This document shows, piece after piece, positions 47,003 to 55,757 of a DNA stretch of 64,000 bases (position 1 is its first letter; each line of letters starts with the position of its first letter). Under the pieces are notes generated by a model. It saw only the letters and a list, made by a program, of their open reading frames with translations, was not told the DNA's origin and did not search any database. Source of the DNA: Dehalococcoidia bacterium (GTDB taxonomy: Bacteria; Chloroflexota; Dehalococcoidia; UBA2979); contig OZ253555.1 in NCBI GenBank assembly GCA_965262725.1, positions 3,610,404-3,674,403 of the forward strand. Direction: 5' to 3'. Both the position numbers and the translations under genes were made by a program.

Positions 47003-48940
47003 ATGATCTGGGTGCGGCGGACGGCGGCGGCCACGCTCGGCGTGCTGCTGCTCGGCGTGCTGCTGTCCGCGCTCATCCTGCAGGGCGTGGCCGCCACCTT
47101 CCTGAGCGCCGACTTCTACACGGACCAGCTCAAGGACGCCGATGCGTACCGCTTCGTCCTGGACGACGTCCTCGCGTCGGCCATCGACGACGTGCGCGAG
47201 GAGGAGCCGGACGAGATCGGCGTCGACCTCCGTGAGAACCCGGTCGCGGTGTCCGGGCTGGACACGCCCCGGATCGTCGGGGCGGTGCAGCGTGCGCTGT
47301 CTCCCGAGGAACTGGAGGGCCTCGTCGCGCCCGCCGTGCACGGGTCCGTGAGCTACGCCACGGGCGAGAGCGATGTGTTGACCATCGACCCGCAGCTCGC
47401 GGAGGTCGTGCGCGACATCGTCGCCGAGTTGCTGGCGCTGATGCGCGAGGCCGACGTCTATGAGCGGCTACTCGAACGGGAACTGGAGCCGAGGATCCGC
47501 GAGGCGGCGGGCGAGGCGCTCGCCCCGGACGTCGACACCCCCGGCTGGACGCAGCGGCTCTTCGGGAGCGACGCGGACGCCGGCGGGCGGCTCTCGCGGG
47601 TCGTCCTCAGCGTCGTGACCCCCGAGTGGTTCGGCGACCAGGTGGAGCAGATCGCCGAGGCCCTGACCTCGTACGTCGTCGGCGACTCGGACGGCTTCGA
47701 GATCCACGTCCGCCTCGGCGACGAGCAGGTGGACGCCGCCATCGAGGAGCTCAGCTCGAACCTGCGCGGGACGGGCTCCGCCGATCTGGTCTACGCGGAC
47801 GTCCTCGACCCTCGGGTCGACGAGGGGGTAAGCGAGGCGGTCCAGCTGCCCTACGGCGTCGCCGTCAACCGCGAGGAGGTCAAGGCGGTGCTGCGGGAGG
47901 TAGCGCCGCGCTCCTGGGTCCAGCAGCAGGCCGATGCGATCGTCGGCGATGTGAGCAGCTACGTGGCAGGGCGCTCGGACGGGTTCTCGACGGCGATCGC
48001 ACTGGCACCACGGAAGCGGGACGCCGCGCAACTCCTCACCACGCGCGCGGTCGCGCGCGTCGCCGTGGGGATCGAAGGCCTCGAGATCTGCGCCGGCGAG
48101 GCCGGGGAGCGGGCCGCTGGTGCCGCGGCGAGCGGCACGCTCCCCGAGTGCCTTCCGGCCAGCGTCACCGCCGACGACCTGCTGGCAGATGCGCGAGCAG
48201 CCATCGCCGGCGCGATCCCGCCGCTCGTGCTCGAGCCCGTCCCGGACACCGTCATGTACACCGACGAGGATCTGCGGCGCGAGCTGCGCGCGGACGGCGG
48301 CCCCGGCGCCCTCGAGGCGCTCGACGACACGCGCGAACTCTTCGCCGAGGGCTGGCGCTACAGCGACGCAGACCTGCGCGCCGATCTCGCCTCGGATCCG
48401 GAGCTGCTGGATGGCCTGGATCGGCTTCGCGAGTTCCTCGCCGATGGCTACGTCCACAGGCCCGGAGCCGCCTCGGCCGGCAGGCTTGCGGGTGTCCTGG
48501 ATACGATGCGCGACAGCTCGGACTCGGTTCGCCGCGGCGGCGTGGCCGCATGGCTGACCGTGGCGCTTCTGGTCGTCGCCATCGGCGCGTTGGGCGGGAC
48601 GAGCTGGGCAGGTCGGGGGGTCTGGGCGGCGGCGTCCCTGCTCGCCTGCGCCGTGCTGCTGCTCCTTCTCTGCTGGCCCGTCTACGAGCTGGTCTCGGAT
48701 GCGGCATCCTCTGCGATCCGCACGCAGATCGCGGACCGGCCGGACGCCGAGCTGGGTCCAACCGCGCGCCTGGTGGTGAACAAGCTCGTCGATGTCGGAG
48801 AGTCCGTCTCCGACGACTTCGCCGGAAGTGTCAGGCGGCCGGGCCTCGTCGTCGCCGCCATCGCGCTGGTCGCGCTCCTCGGGGCGGCGTACGGGGAGCG
48901 GATCTCCGCCGCGGCGAGATCGCTGAGGGCGCTGCGCTGA
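47003..48940 (+). CDS. Hypothetical membrane protein with large helical extracytoplasmic region
   Basis: 645 aa; N-terminal TM, internal repeated W...Q......SYV.G.SDGF motif and three C-terminal TM segments. Confidence 0.8.
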   Translation: MIWVRRTAAATLGVLLLGVLLSALILQGVAATFLSADFYTDQLKDADAYRFVLDDVLASAIDDVREEEPDEIGVDLRENPVAVSGLDTPRIVGAVQRALSPEELEGLVAPAVHGSVSYATGESDVLTIDPQLAEVVRDIVAELLALMREADVYERLLERELEPRIREAAGEALAPDVDTPGWTQRLFGSDADAGGRLSRVVLSVVTPEWFGDQVEQIAEALTSYVVGDSDGFEIHVRLGDEQVDAAIEELSSNLRGTGSADLVYADVLDPRVDEGVSEAVQLPYGVAVNREEVKAVLREVAPRSWVQQQADAIVGDVSSYVAGRSDGFSTAIALAPRKRDAAQLLTTRAVARVAVGIEGLEICAGEAGERAAGAAASGTLPECLPASVTADDLLADARAAIAGAIPPLVLEPVPDTVMYTDEDLRRELRADGGPGALEALDDTRELFAEGWRYSDADLRADLASDPELLDGLDRLREFLADGYVHRPGAASAGRLAGVLDTMRDSSDSVRRGGVAAWLTVALLVVAIGALGGTSWAGRGVWAAASLLACAVLLLLLCWPVYELVSDAASSAIRTQIADRPDAELGPTARLVVNKLVDVGESVSDDFAGSVRRPGLVVAAIALVALLGAAYGERISAAARSLRALR

Positions 48941-49435
48941 CGCGGCCGGACGCTACTTCCCCGCGAGGATGCCGATGTCGGGCATGGTCCCTCCCCCGTC
49001 TGGCGACAGGCGTGGTGATGCCGTGAGCGCGGTCGCCGCTGCTCCCCGCGTGTCTCAGGCTATGCAGGCGGACCGGGCTCACCGGACGCCCCGCCGCGTG
49101 GCGCCATCATGGACACCGTCCGCTGGCCAGGAGAGTTCGCTGAGCCGGGGTAGCGCCCAGGTCCGATCCGTATGTCTGAGGCCCGAGGAGCTCGGATGCG
49201 CGACAGAAGACTCGGTGGCCCGGGCAGTCGACTGTCGACGGATGACACGTACATTCGAGGCGGCGGACGAGCGGGGACGTGAGGCTCGAGGTCACGTCCC
49301 CGCGGGGCACCCCGTGTGGGGGCCGCGGGCCGTATGGAGATTCGGGTGCGGGCGGGCGCGGGAGTGGCAGGTGCACAGCCCGCCGACCGCGACCCGTTCG
49401 TGGTCAGGTCGTGTGCGACGTAGGGCGGGGCGCGG

Positions 49436-50047
49436 TCACTCCAGCCAGCTGACGGCGTCCCGGTGCGGTGTACGTTGCGCTGTCGGGAACGCCGCGGGCT
49501 GCCCGAGGAAGACGACCCCCACCATCGTCCATTCCTCGTCCGCACCCAGGAGCTGCGCCAGGCCGGGGAGTCGCGTCAGGCGCCCGGTGCTCCAGCCGAG
49601 GCAGAGACCCTCGGCGACGGCGGCGAGGGCCATGTTCTGAACGGCGCAGCAGGAGGTAGCGTAGTTCTCCCTGGTCATCTCGTCCGTCGCTCCCGGCAGG
49701 CTGTAGACGTACACCATCGCCGGCGCAGTCACCACGCGATCTCTGCTGTCATCCGCGGCGCGACGCTTCTTGACCGGGTCGGGATTGGCCACGCCGTCGT
49801 AGGCGGTCTGCCAGGCGATGTCGCCGAGCCTCTGCCTCATCGCGCTCTCCCTGGGAATCGCGAAGATCCGGGTGGGCTCCGTGAGCCGGTGATTGGGCGC
49901 CCAGATGGCCGCGGCGAAGAGGCGCTCGAGCACCTCTCGGGAGACCGAATCGTCGGTGAACGCCTTGACGTTGCGGCGGCGGAAGATCGCGTCATACACA
50001 CTGACCGACGTCTCGGGGATGTCGATCTCGTCGCTTGTCAGCTTCAT
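49436..50047 (-). CDS. Nitroreductase family protein
   Basis: AIFRRRNVKAF, WAPNHRLTEP and CAVQNMALAA..EGL...WSTG. Confidence 0.92.
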   Translation of the reverse strand: MKLTSDEIDIPETSVSVYDAIFRRRNVKAFTDDSVSREVLERLFAAAIWAPNHRLTEPTRIFAIPRESAMRQRLGDIAWQTAYDGVANPDPVKKRRAADDSRDRVVTAPAMVYVYSLPGATDEMTRENYATSCCAVQNMALAAVAEGLCLGWSTGRLTRLPGLAQLLGADEEWTMVGVVFLGQPAAFPTAQRTPHRDAVSWLE

Positions 50048-50492
50048 GGTCGCCCCTCGCGAGGCGGCAGGCGGGCGCAGCCACCCGGCCCCCGCCGCGT
50101 CCGGCGCCTACCCTACCCCGGATTGTCGCCCGGGTCGGGGAGCCGGGGTCACGCCCCGCAAGCTGCCGTCCCTGCGCACCGGCCCTGGCGATTCTTCGCC
50201 GGGGGCGCCGGTCGCTCCGTCTCGGCATCGTGCTGCGAACCGCACGACGTTCCCTCCCGCGTTTGCCGGTCCTGATCGTCCCTACGCGCTGAGAGGCTCA
50301 GACGTTCCCCGCGACCCTGCAGCGGCTGCGATAGCCGATGGTCGCCCGCTACGCGCGGCTGAGGTGCTGACGGAGCGGGAGGCGGGCCAGCTGTTCGCCG
50401 CTCTCGCGCCCCGTGCTCTCACGATGGAGGGACGGGCGCAGGGGCGGGGACGCCGAGCGCGGCGCCATGTCGCGACGGAATCCGCACCCCCG

Positions 50493-51617
50493 TCAGGCCA
50501 TGTCGCCCTGCCAGAGGCGGCGGGCGAAGTCGGTGGCCGGAAGGATATCGATGCCGCCGCTGGTCCTGCGGGCGCGCGGCTCCAGACAGACGACGATCCT
50601 GCGGGCGACACCGGGGTGCTCCTCCGCCAGGGTGCGAAGCCCCCTGAGGTGGTGGCTGGCGACCCGGACGCTCGCCTTCGCCTCGATCGCGATCCGCATG
50701 TCGCCCAGCACGAAATCGACCTCGATACCGCTGGGCAACCGCCAGTAGGTCAATTGCTCGTCGAAGTCGCGGTACGCGGCGTACGCCGAGAGCTCGTGGA
50801 ACACCCAGTTCTCGAACGCCTTCCCGTAGGAGTCGGAACCGCGCTCCAGCTCCCCCCGGCGCGCGAGCCGATTCACCACGCCGACGTCTTCGAAGTAGAG
50901 CTTCGGGGCAGCCACGAGCCGGCGCTTGGCTCGCCGCCGCCAGGCGGGAAGCCAGCGCGCGAGCAGGGTGTCCTCCAGGATGCCGAAGTAGGCCTTGGCG
51001 GTGGGACCGGAGACGCCACACTCACGGGCGACGCTCGAGTAGTTGACGGGATCACCGTCGCTCAGGGCGGCCGCGTCCAGGAATTCGGAGAACGCGGGCA
51101 GGTTGCGCACCAGTCCCTCGGCGGCGACCTCCTGGCGGAGGTAGTCGGAGATGTAGGCATCGAGCAGGCGGCGAGGGTGCCGAGCCTCGTACATCCTCGG
51201 GAGGTAGCCATGGTTGAGCGCGCGGTCGAGATCGAAGGAGTCGCCGAGCTCGCCAGACGTCAGCCCGCGCAACTCGTAGCGCAGGGCCCGCCCTCCCAGG
51301 AGGTTCGCCGCGCCGTGGCGGACCTTGCGGGCGCTGGAGCCGCACAGCGCAAAGCGGAGACCGCGGTTCTCGATGAGCCAGTGAACCTCGTCGATGACGA
51401 TCTGCCGGGCAGAGTCCAGGTCGGCCGCCTCCAGATCCTCGCGCAGAAGCTCGGGGCGGGAGACATAGCGGCGGAACTCGTCGGCCTTGAGCAGGTCGAA
51501 CCAGACGCCGTCGGGGTAGCACTGCCGTAGCAGCGTGCTCTTGCCCGACTGTCGAGGTCCCCACAGAAAGAAGGTCTCGGCGCCAGCATCAGGGAGCGAG
51601 AGGTCTCGTTCAAACAT
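50493..51617 (-). CDS. AAA+ ATPase with DUF4143 domain
   Basis: GPRQSGKST, IVIDEV, CGSSARK, LLGGRA, PKLYF.D.G and EVDFV...IEAK. Confidence 0.9.
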   Translation of the reverse strand: MFERDLSLPDAGAETFFLWGPRQSGKSTLLRQCYPDGVWFDLLKADEFRRYVSRPELLREDLEAADLDSARQIVIDEVHWLIENRGLRFALCGSSARKVRHGAANLLGGRALRYELRGLTSGELGDSFDLDRALNHGYLPRMYEARHPRRLLDAYISDYLRQEVAAEGLVRNLPAFSEFLDAAALSDGDPVNYSSVARECGVSGPTAKAYFGILEDTLLARWLPAWRRRAKRRLVAAPKLYFEDVGVVNRLARRGELERGSDSYGKAFENWVFHELSAYAAYRDFDEQLTYWRLPSGIEVDFVLGDMRIAIEAKASVRVASHHLRGLRTLAEEHPGVARRIVVCLEPRARRTSGGIDILPATDFARRLWQGDMA

Positions 51618-51702
51618 CCGCCTTAGATTATCATGTAAATCGCAACTACCAGTTTTGAAATGGCGATCGCGTGGTTCAAGCGACTGGGTCGCTCAAGCGG
51701 GA

Positions 51703-52617
51703 TCACTCGGTGGCAGCGATCACCAGCGGCACGACGGCGCGAGGCGGCGGGAAGCCCTCACCCCCGGACGTGTCCTCCTCGAACACCTCAAGGTGCGCGA
51801 GCTGGCGCTCGGCTGCTTCGTACTCGACCGCGAAGACGAAGCGCGCGGGGCCATCCACTCCGCCGCCCATCGCGAAGCCGCTCGCCAGTTCCTCGCCCGT
51901 GCGGCCAAGGAGTCGCCACTGCACGTTCGACTCGAACGTGCGCGAGCAGCCGCGGACCGTGAACCGGTTCGCGACCTCCTCGCCGCCCGCGGGCGAGCTC
52001 ACGATCACGAGCGCGGCGTCGGGGAGGCTGTCGTCACACGCGAACGCGTCAGCACCGCTGATGCCCGCGATCTCCTCCAGTGCCTCGCCCGCGAGGCGGA
52101 ACCGGCGAATGACGAGGATCGAGGGGGTCTCGGAGTACGGCGCGTCGGGCGGTCTCTCGATGACCGCGACCGTGATGATGCCTTCGTGGATCGAGAGGCC
52201 CGCAACGCGTATCCGGTCGCCGAGGAAGACGGTGTCGACGTCGTGGAGTTCGCCCTCCTCGTTCAGCAGCGCGTGCATGTAGCGGAAGTTCCCGCTGCCG
52301 CCCGGGTACTCGATCGTGATGGCGGCGGCGTCCGCAAGGCCGTCGCCGTCGAGGTCGCCGAGGGTCCACTGGCTGAGGCGGATCACGAGTTCGCTGGCCG
52401 AGCCGGGCGCGACCGGTGCCCGGAACTCGCCGTCCTCGAGCGTGGCCGTACCGCTGTCGGTGTGCTCGGTCAGGATGGTGGCCGCCTCGAGGTCCACGGC
52501 GGCCACCCGATCGGTGTCGGCTAGGTCGCAGGACGCCAACAACGTGGCTGCGACGAGCAGCGCGCCCGCGGCCGTCGCGCGTCGAGCAGCACGCCGGGTC
52601 CAGTCTCGCATCGACAC
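51703..52617 (-). CDS. Lipoprotein with C-terminal Gmad2 Ig-like domain
   Basis: Lipobox TLLASC; GDLDGDG.ADAA...GGSG.F...FLGDRI domain; SPAGG....FTVRG.SRTFESNV domain. Confidence 0.8.
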   Translation of the reverse strand: MSMRDWTRRAARRATAAGALLVAATLLASCDLADTDRVAAVDLEAATILTEHTDSGTATLEDGEFRAPVAPGSASELVIRLSQWTLGDLDGDGLADAAAITIEYPGGSGNFRYMHALLNEEGELHDVDTVFLGDRIRVAGLSIHEGIITVAVIERPPDAPYSETPSILVIRRFRLAGEALEEIAGISGADAFACDDSLPDAALVIVSSPAGGEEVANRFTVRGCSRTFESNVQWRLLGRTGEELASGFAMGGGVDGPARFVFAVEYEAAERQLAHLEVFEEDTSGGEGFPPPRAVVPLVIAATE

Positions 52618-52876
52618 ATCGGCTCCCTCACGGTCGGGTGTCAGCTACAGGGTTGTCCGAACGCGTAGCCGCGCCCCGTCAGCCCTCGGGCACGGTATCG
52701 AGGGCGGCCACGGTCTGCGAGCGTTTCCCGCCACCGTCCACCCCTGGCCCGGGCCTCCGCACGGCGACATGGATCGTTCGGGCGTGCGCGGCCACCCTCG
52801 AGCATGTCGTACTCATCGTCATGGCCGGCTCCCCACGTCTGGCAACGCGCGCGCAACACTACTCCGGCCGACCTAG

Positions 52877-54084
52877 GGCAAGTCTGATCAGGTGGGTCTA
52901 GCGACCCAGTTTCGCCGCGGTCAGGCGCTCTCAGGCGGATTCCCGATGACAGTGGTCATATCCGCCCCCTCGCGGGCCCCTGTGGCTCCCCTCCTCGCCC
53001 CGTGTGGGGCGGGGAGGGCGCACTCCACCCACGGTCAGGCACGGTGCGGCTTCGCGGTGAGCAGGTTGTGGAACCCCAGCAAGACCGCACACCGCTCGTG
53101 GTTCTTGAAGAGACCCCGGTACCGCACCTTGGCGTAGCCGAAGCGCCGCTTCACGCTGTAGAACGGGTGCTCCACCAGCGCTCGCACCGATGCCTTCCGC
53201 TTCTCCTCGACGGCCTCAGGACTCTCCGGGTCGAGCGCACGCCGGAGGCCCGGGCGCATCGCCACGTTCCAGTCCTTGACCCTGGAGTCCGCGTTCTCGG
53301 GTCTCTTCTGCACGCCCCGGTACCCGGCGTCGCCGTAGACCTCGGCTTCCTCGCCGTGCAGCAGGCGGTGCGTCTCAGACACGTCCGACACGTTCGCAGG
53401 CGTGGTCGTGAAGTTGTGGACCAGTCCAGTATCCCTGTCGGCGCCGATGTGCAGCTTCATCCCGAAGAACCACTGTTTCCCCTTCTTGGTCTGATGCATC
53501 TCCGGGTCCCGCGCCCGCCCGCGATTCTTCGTCGACGATGGCGCCGAGATGATGGTCGCATCCACGATGCTGCCCTCGCTCAGCTTCAATCCCTTGCTCG
53601 TGAGGTGCTCGTTGATGAGTTGGAGGATCCTGCTACCCAGGGAGTGGCGCTCGAGCAGGTGCCGGAAGTTGAGGATCGTCGTCTCGTCGGGGATGGGCTC
53701 GGAGAGCGTGAGGAAGCAAAAGGCTCGCACCGACTCGGCCTCGTGGAGCAGATCCTCCATGCCGGGGTCGCTGAGGTTGTAGCAGAGTTGCACGGTATGG
53801 ATGCGCAGCATCACGGAGAGCGGGTAGGGCCTCCGCCCGCGGCCCGGTTTCGGGTAGTGGGGCTCGATGGCTGCTTCGAACCTCTGCCACGGGACGAGGC
53901 CATCCAGCCGTTCGAGGAACTTCTGGCGGCGCGTCTTGTAGCCATCCCGCTCGAACTCGACTCTCGCGAATGTCGGCTGATGCATGGCAGCGCTCCCCTT
54001 TCCCGGAGGAGTGCCATGATCGCATATAGTCATCGGAGTGTGCATGTGCTCCAGTAACGACGCGGCGACCTGTTCAGAGAACCC
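52877..54084 (-). mobile_element. IS5-family element (intact) with CTAG target duplication
   Basis: Imperfect IRs GGCAAGTCTGATCAGGT / GGGTTCTCTGAACAGGT; CTAG at 52873-52876 and 54085-54088. Confidence 0.92.
53035..53985 (-). CDS. IS5 transposase
   Basis: MHQPTFA..., PDETTILNFRHLLE, VDATII, FGMKLHIG, GDAGY and VEHPF. Confidence 0.95.
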   Translation of the reverse strand: MHQPTFARVEFERDGYKTRRQKFLERLDGLVPWQRFEAAIEPHYPKPGRGRRPYPLSVMLRIHTVQLCYNLSDPGMEDLLHEAESVRAFCFLTLSEPIPDETTILNFRHLLERHSLGSRILQLINEHLTSKGLKLSEGSIVDATIISAPSSTKNRGRARDPEMHQTKKGKQWFFGMKLHIGADRDTGLVHNFTTTPANVSDVSETHRLLHGEEAEVYGDAGYRGVQKRPENADSRVKDWNVAMRPGLRRALDPESPEAVEEKRKASVRALVEHPFYSVKRRFGYAKVRYRGLFKNHERCAVLLGFHNLLTAKPHRA

Positions 54085-54123
54085 CTAGAGCGAGCGTAAG
54101 CTGCGCGCCGGAGCGCGGACGAG

Positions 54124-54141
54124 TGTCGATCGCCGGGGTCA
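54124..54141 (+). mobile_element. Solo terminal IR of the IS21 type found at 4477-7058
   Basis: TGTCGATCGCCGGGGTCA matches that element's right end (TGTCGATCGCCAGGGTCA) at 17 of 18 nt. Confidence 0.5.
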
Positions 54142-54259
54142 CGGGCCTACACGCCGGTCGACGAGCAGCAAACTCGGTCAGTCACGCCGCTTCCGTTGGA
54201 GGAGGCCGACCGGCTGCGATTCTGATGCCTCGCCGAGCGCGTGCCTCGGTCGAGGGGAG

Positions 54260-54571
54260 TTGCGACATCGCCGAGCGCCAGTGGCGACCACGTGGGGGCA
54301 GCCCGCCAGCGTGCCGCTTTGCGCCTCCTTCGCCGAGGTCGAGGGGGTCGTCGGGTTCGCGTTGCCTCCGTCCGCACGGCTGCACCGGCCCTGGTGGGGG
54401 AACCAGAGAGGGGGCAACGGCCACAGCCAGGCCCCTGCGTGGAGTGTCGCCGGGTGGGAGACGGCGGAGGTCCGCCCGGCACCGTGCGGTCCTGAACCCG
54501 CACGTCTGACTCGATCCCCTCTGGGGCACCGTGGGTCCACGGCTACGCCGACCGCGACGAGATCCGCCTGA
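54260..54571 (+). pseudogene. DUF7662-like domain fragment
   Basis: SFAEVEGVVGFALPPSA...WWGN...HSQA.AW..AGW motif; poor start context. Confidence 0.55.
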
Positions 54572-55259
54572 TCCCGCCCGTTGCGGCACGCGCCGAGATG
54601 ATCATCGCCGACACGAGCCCGATCACCACCGCCGTGACGAGCGCGCCGGGTTCGCCCGCCGAGCGGCTCGCCGCCGCGATCTGGTCCGCGGAAGTCGGCA
54701 CGCCATGCCGTTTGAGGACGGCGAGACCCTCGGCACTGACGGGGCGCGCCCGACGCCCGATCAGCACGTCGACCTCCTCCCCCCTCACGGTGACCGTCGT
54801 CTCAATGACGGTGTCGGGGAGCCCCCCCCCCGACTCATAGACCTGCACGATGGCCGGCTGGTCGCCCACCGCGAGGAAGAGCCGCCCGTAGTAGGTCGCG
54901 TCCGCGATGTCGGGGATCGCGTCGTCCGAATCCAGCCATGCCCACTCCGCTCCTGCGTAGTGCGCCAGCGTCAGACTCGGGCGCTCGAGGAGCGCCTCGG
55001 GGCCGGGCTGGAAGGGGGGCCCGAGAGCCAGCCCGAAGGCATGGTTCTCGGGCCCCCCGCGGATCAGGATCGGAGCCTCGACGTAGTCGCCGTAGACGAT
55101 GGTGAGCCACGGCGCCGCAGCTCCACCGGGCGACGCGCCCGCGAACCCGGCGAGAAGGGTACTGAGGAGAACGCCGGCGACGACGAGAAGGGGGCGTCGT
55201 GCCCGTCGACGCGGCGTGCGAAGGCGCGCGCGCCGCCGTCCCCACCAGAGCCAGGTCAC
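54543..55259 (-). CDS. Hypothetical secreted protein with C-terminal membrane anchor
   Basis: Arg-rich N-terminus, then signal-like LLVVAGVLLSTLLAGFAGA, and C-terminal TM ALVTAVVIGLVSAMII. GTGA coupling to the upstream ORF. Confidence 0.65.
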   Translation of the reverse strand: MTWLWWGRRRARLRTPRRRARRPLLVVAGVLLSTLLAGFAGASPGGAAAPWLTIVYGDYVEAPILIRGGPENHAFGLALGPPFQPGPEALLERPSLTLAHYAGAEWAWLDSDDAIPDIADATYYGRLFLAVGDQPAIVQVYESGGGLPDTVIETTVTVRGEEVDVLIGRRARPVSAEGLAVLKRHGVPTSADQIAAASRSAGEPGALVTAVVIGLVSAMIISARAATGGIRRISSRSA

Positions 55260-55651
55260 GCGTCGACGCACCACAGCGCGGTCTCCCGCAGCACCGCACG
55301 TTCCGGGGTCGCGGTCGGCGTCGCGCCGGCGGTCGGCGTCGCGGCGGTGGCGGTCGGCGTCGCACCGGTGATCGGGGAGACCGTGGCACCCTCGCCCGAT
55401 GAATCGGTGGGCGTCACAGGGATCGGGGAAGAATCGGTCGAGCAGGCTGCAGCGACCAGCACGGCGGCGGCGAGGCCGATCACCGCTAGAGAAGAGATCG
55501 GCCTCTGCCGGGATGCGTCGGATCGGCCCTGGTGTCGGCAGGGTCTCGACCGCTCCGGGTGTGCTGCTGGGGAGCCCCCCGGGGGAGCGGCGTTGACGGG
55601 GTTCCGTGCTGCCGGACGAGGGAGGGCGAAGCCCCATCCGCGGCGCATCAT
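55256..55651 (-). pseudogene. Truncated lipoprotein (signal peptide plus Thr/Pro/Ala linker only)
   Basis: LAAAVLVAAAC lipobox, then TPTATAATPTAGATPTATP, then a stop shortly after. Start uncertain. Confidence 0.45.
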
Positions 55652-55757
55652 CTGGCCTGCCTCCCGGAGCCGCGGTCGCATGCGGATCGAGCGGGGTTTG
55701 TCCTGCGGCTGCGTGCCACCGGCCGGCGTCACCTCGCGAGAGCGCACGGACCCGCAC

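Noticed and set aside
50330-50420. Tyrosine recombinase N-terminal remnant (GRPLRAAEVLTEREAGQLFAAL)
   Set aside because: Too short, and no catalytic motifs follow.
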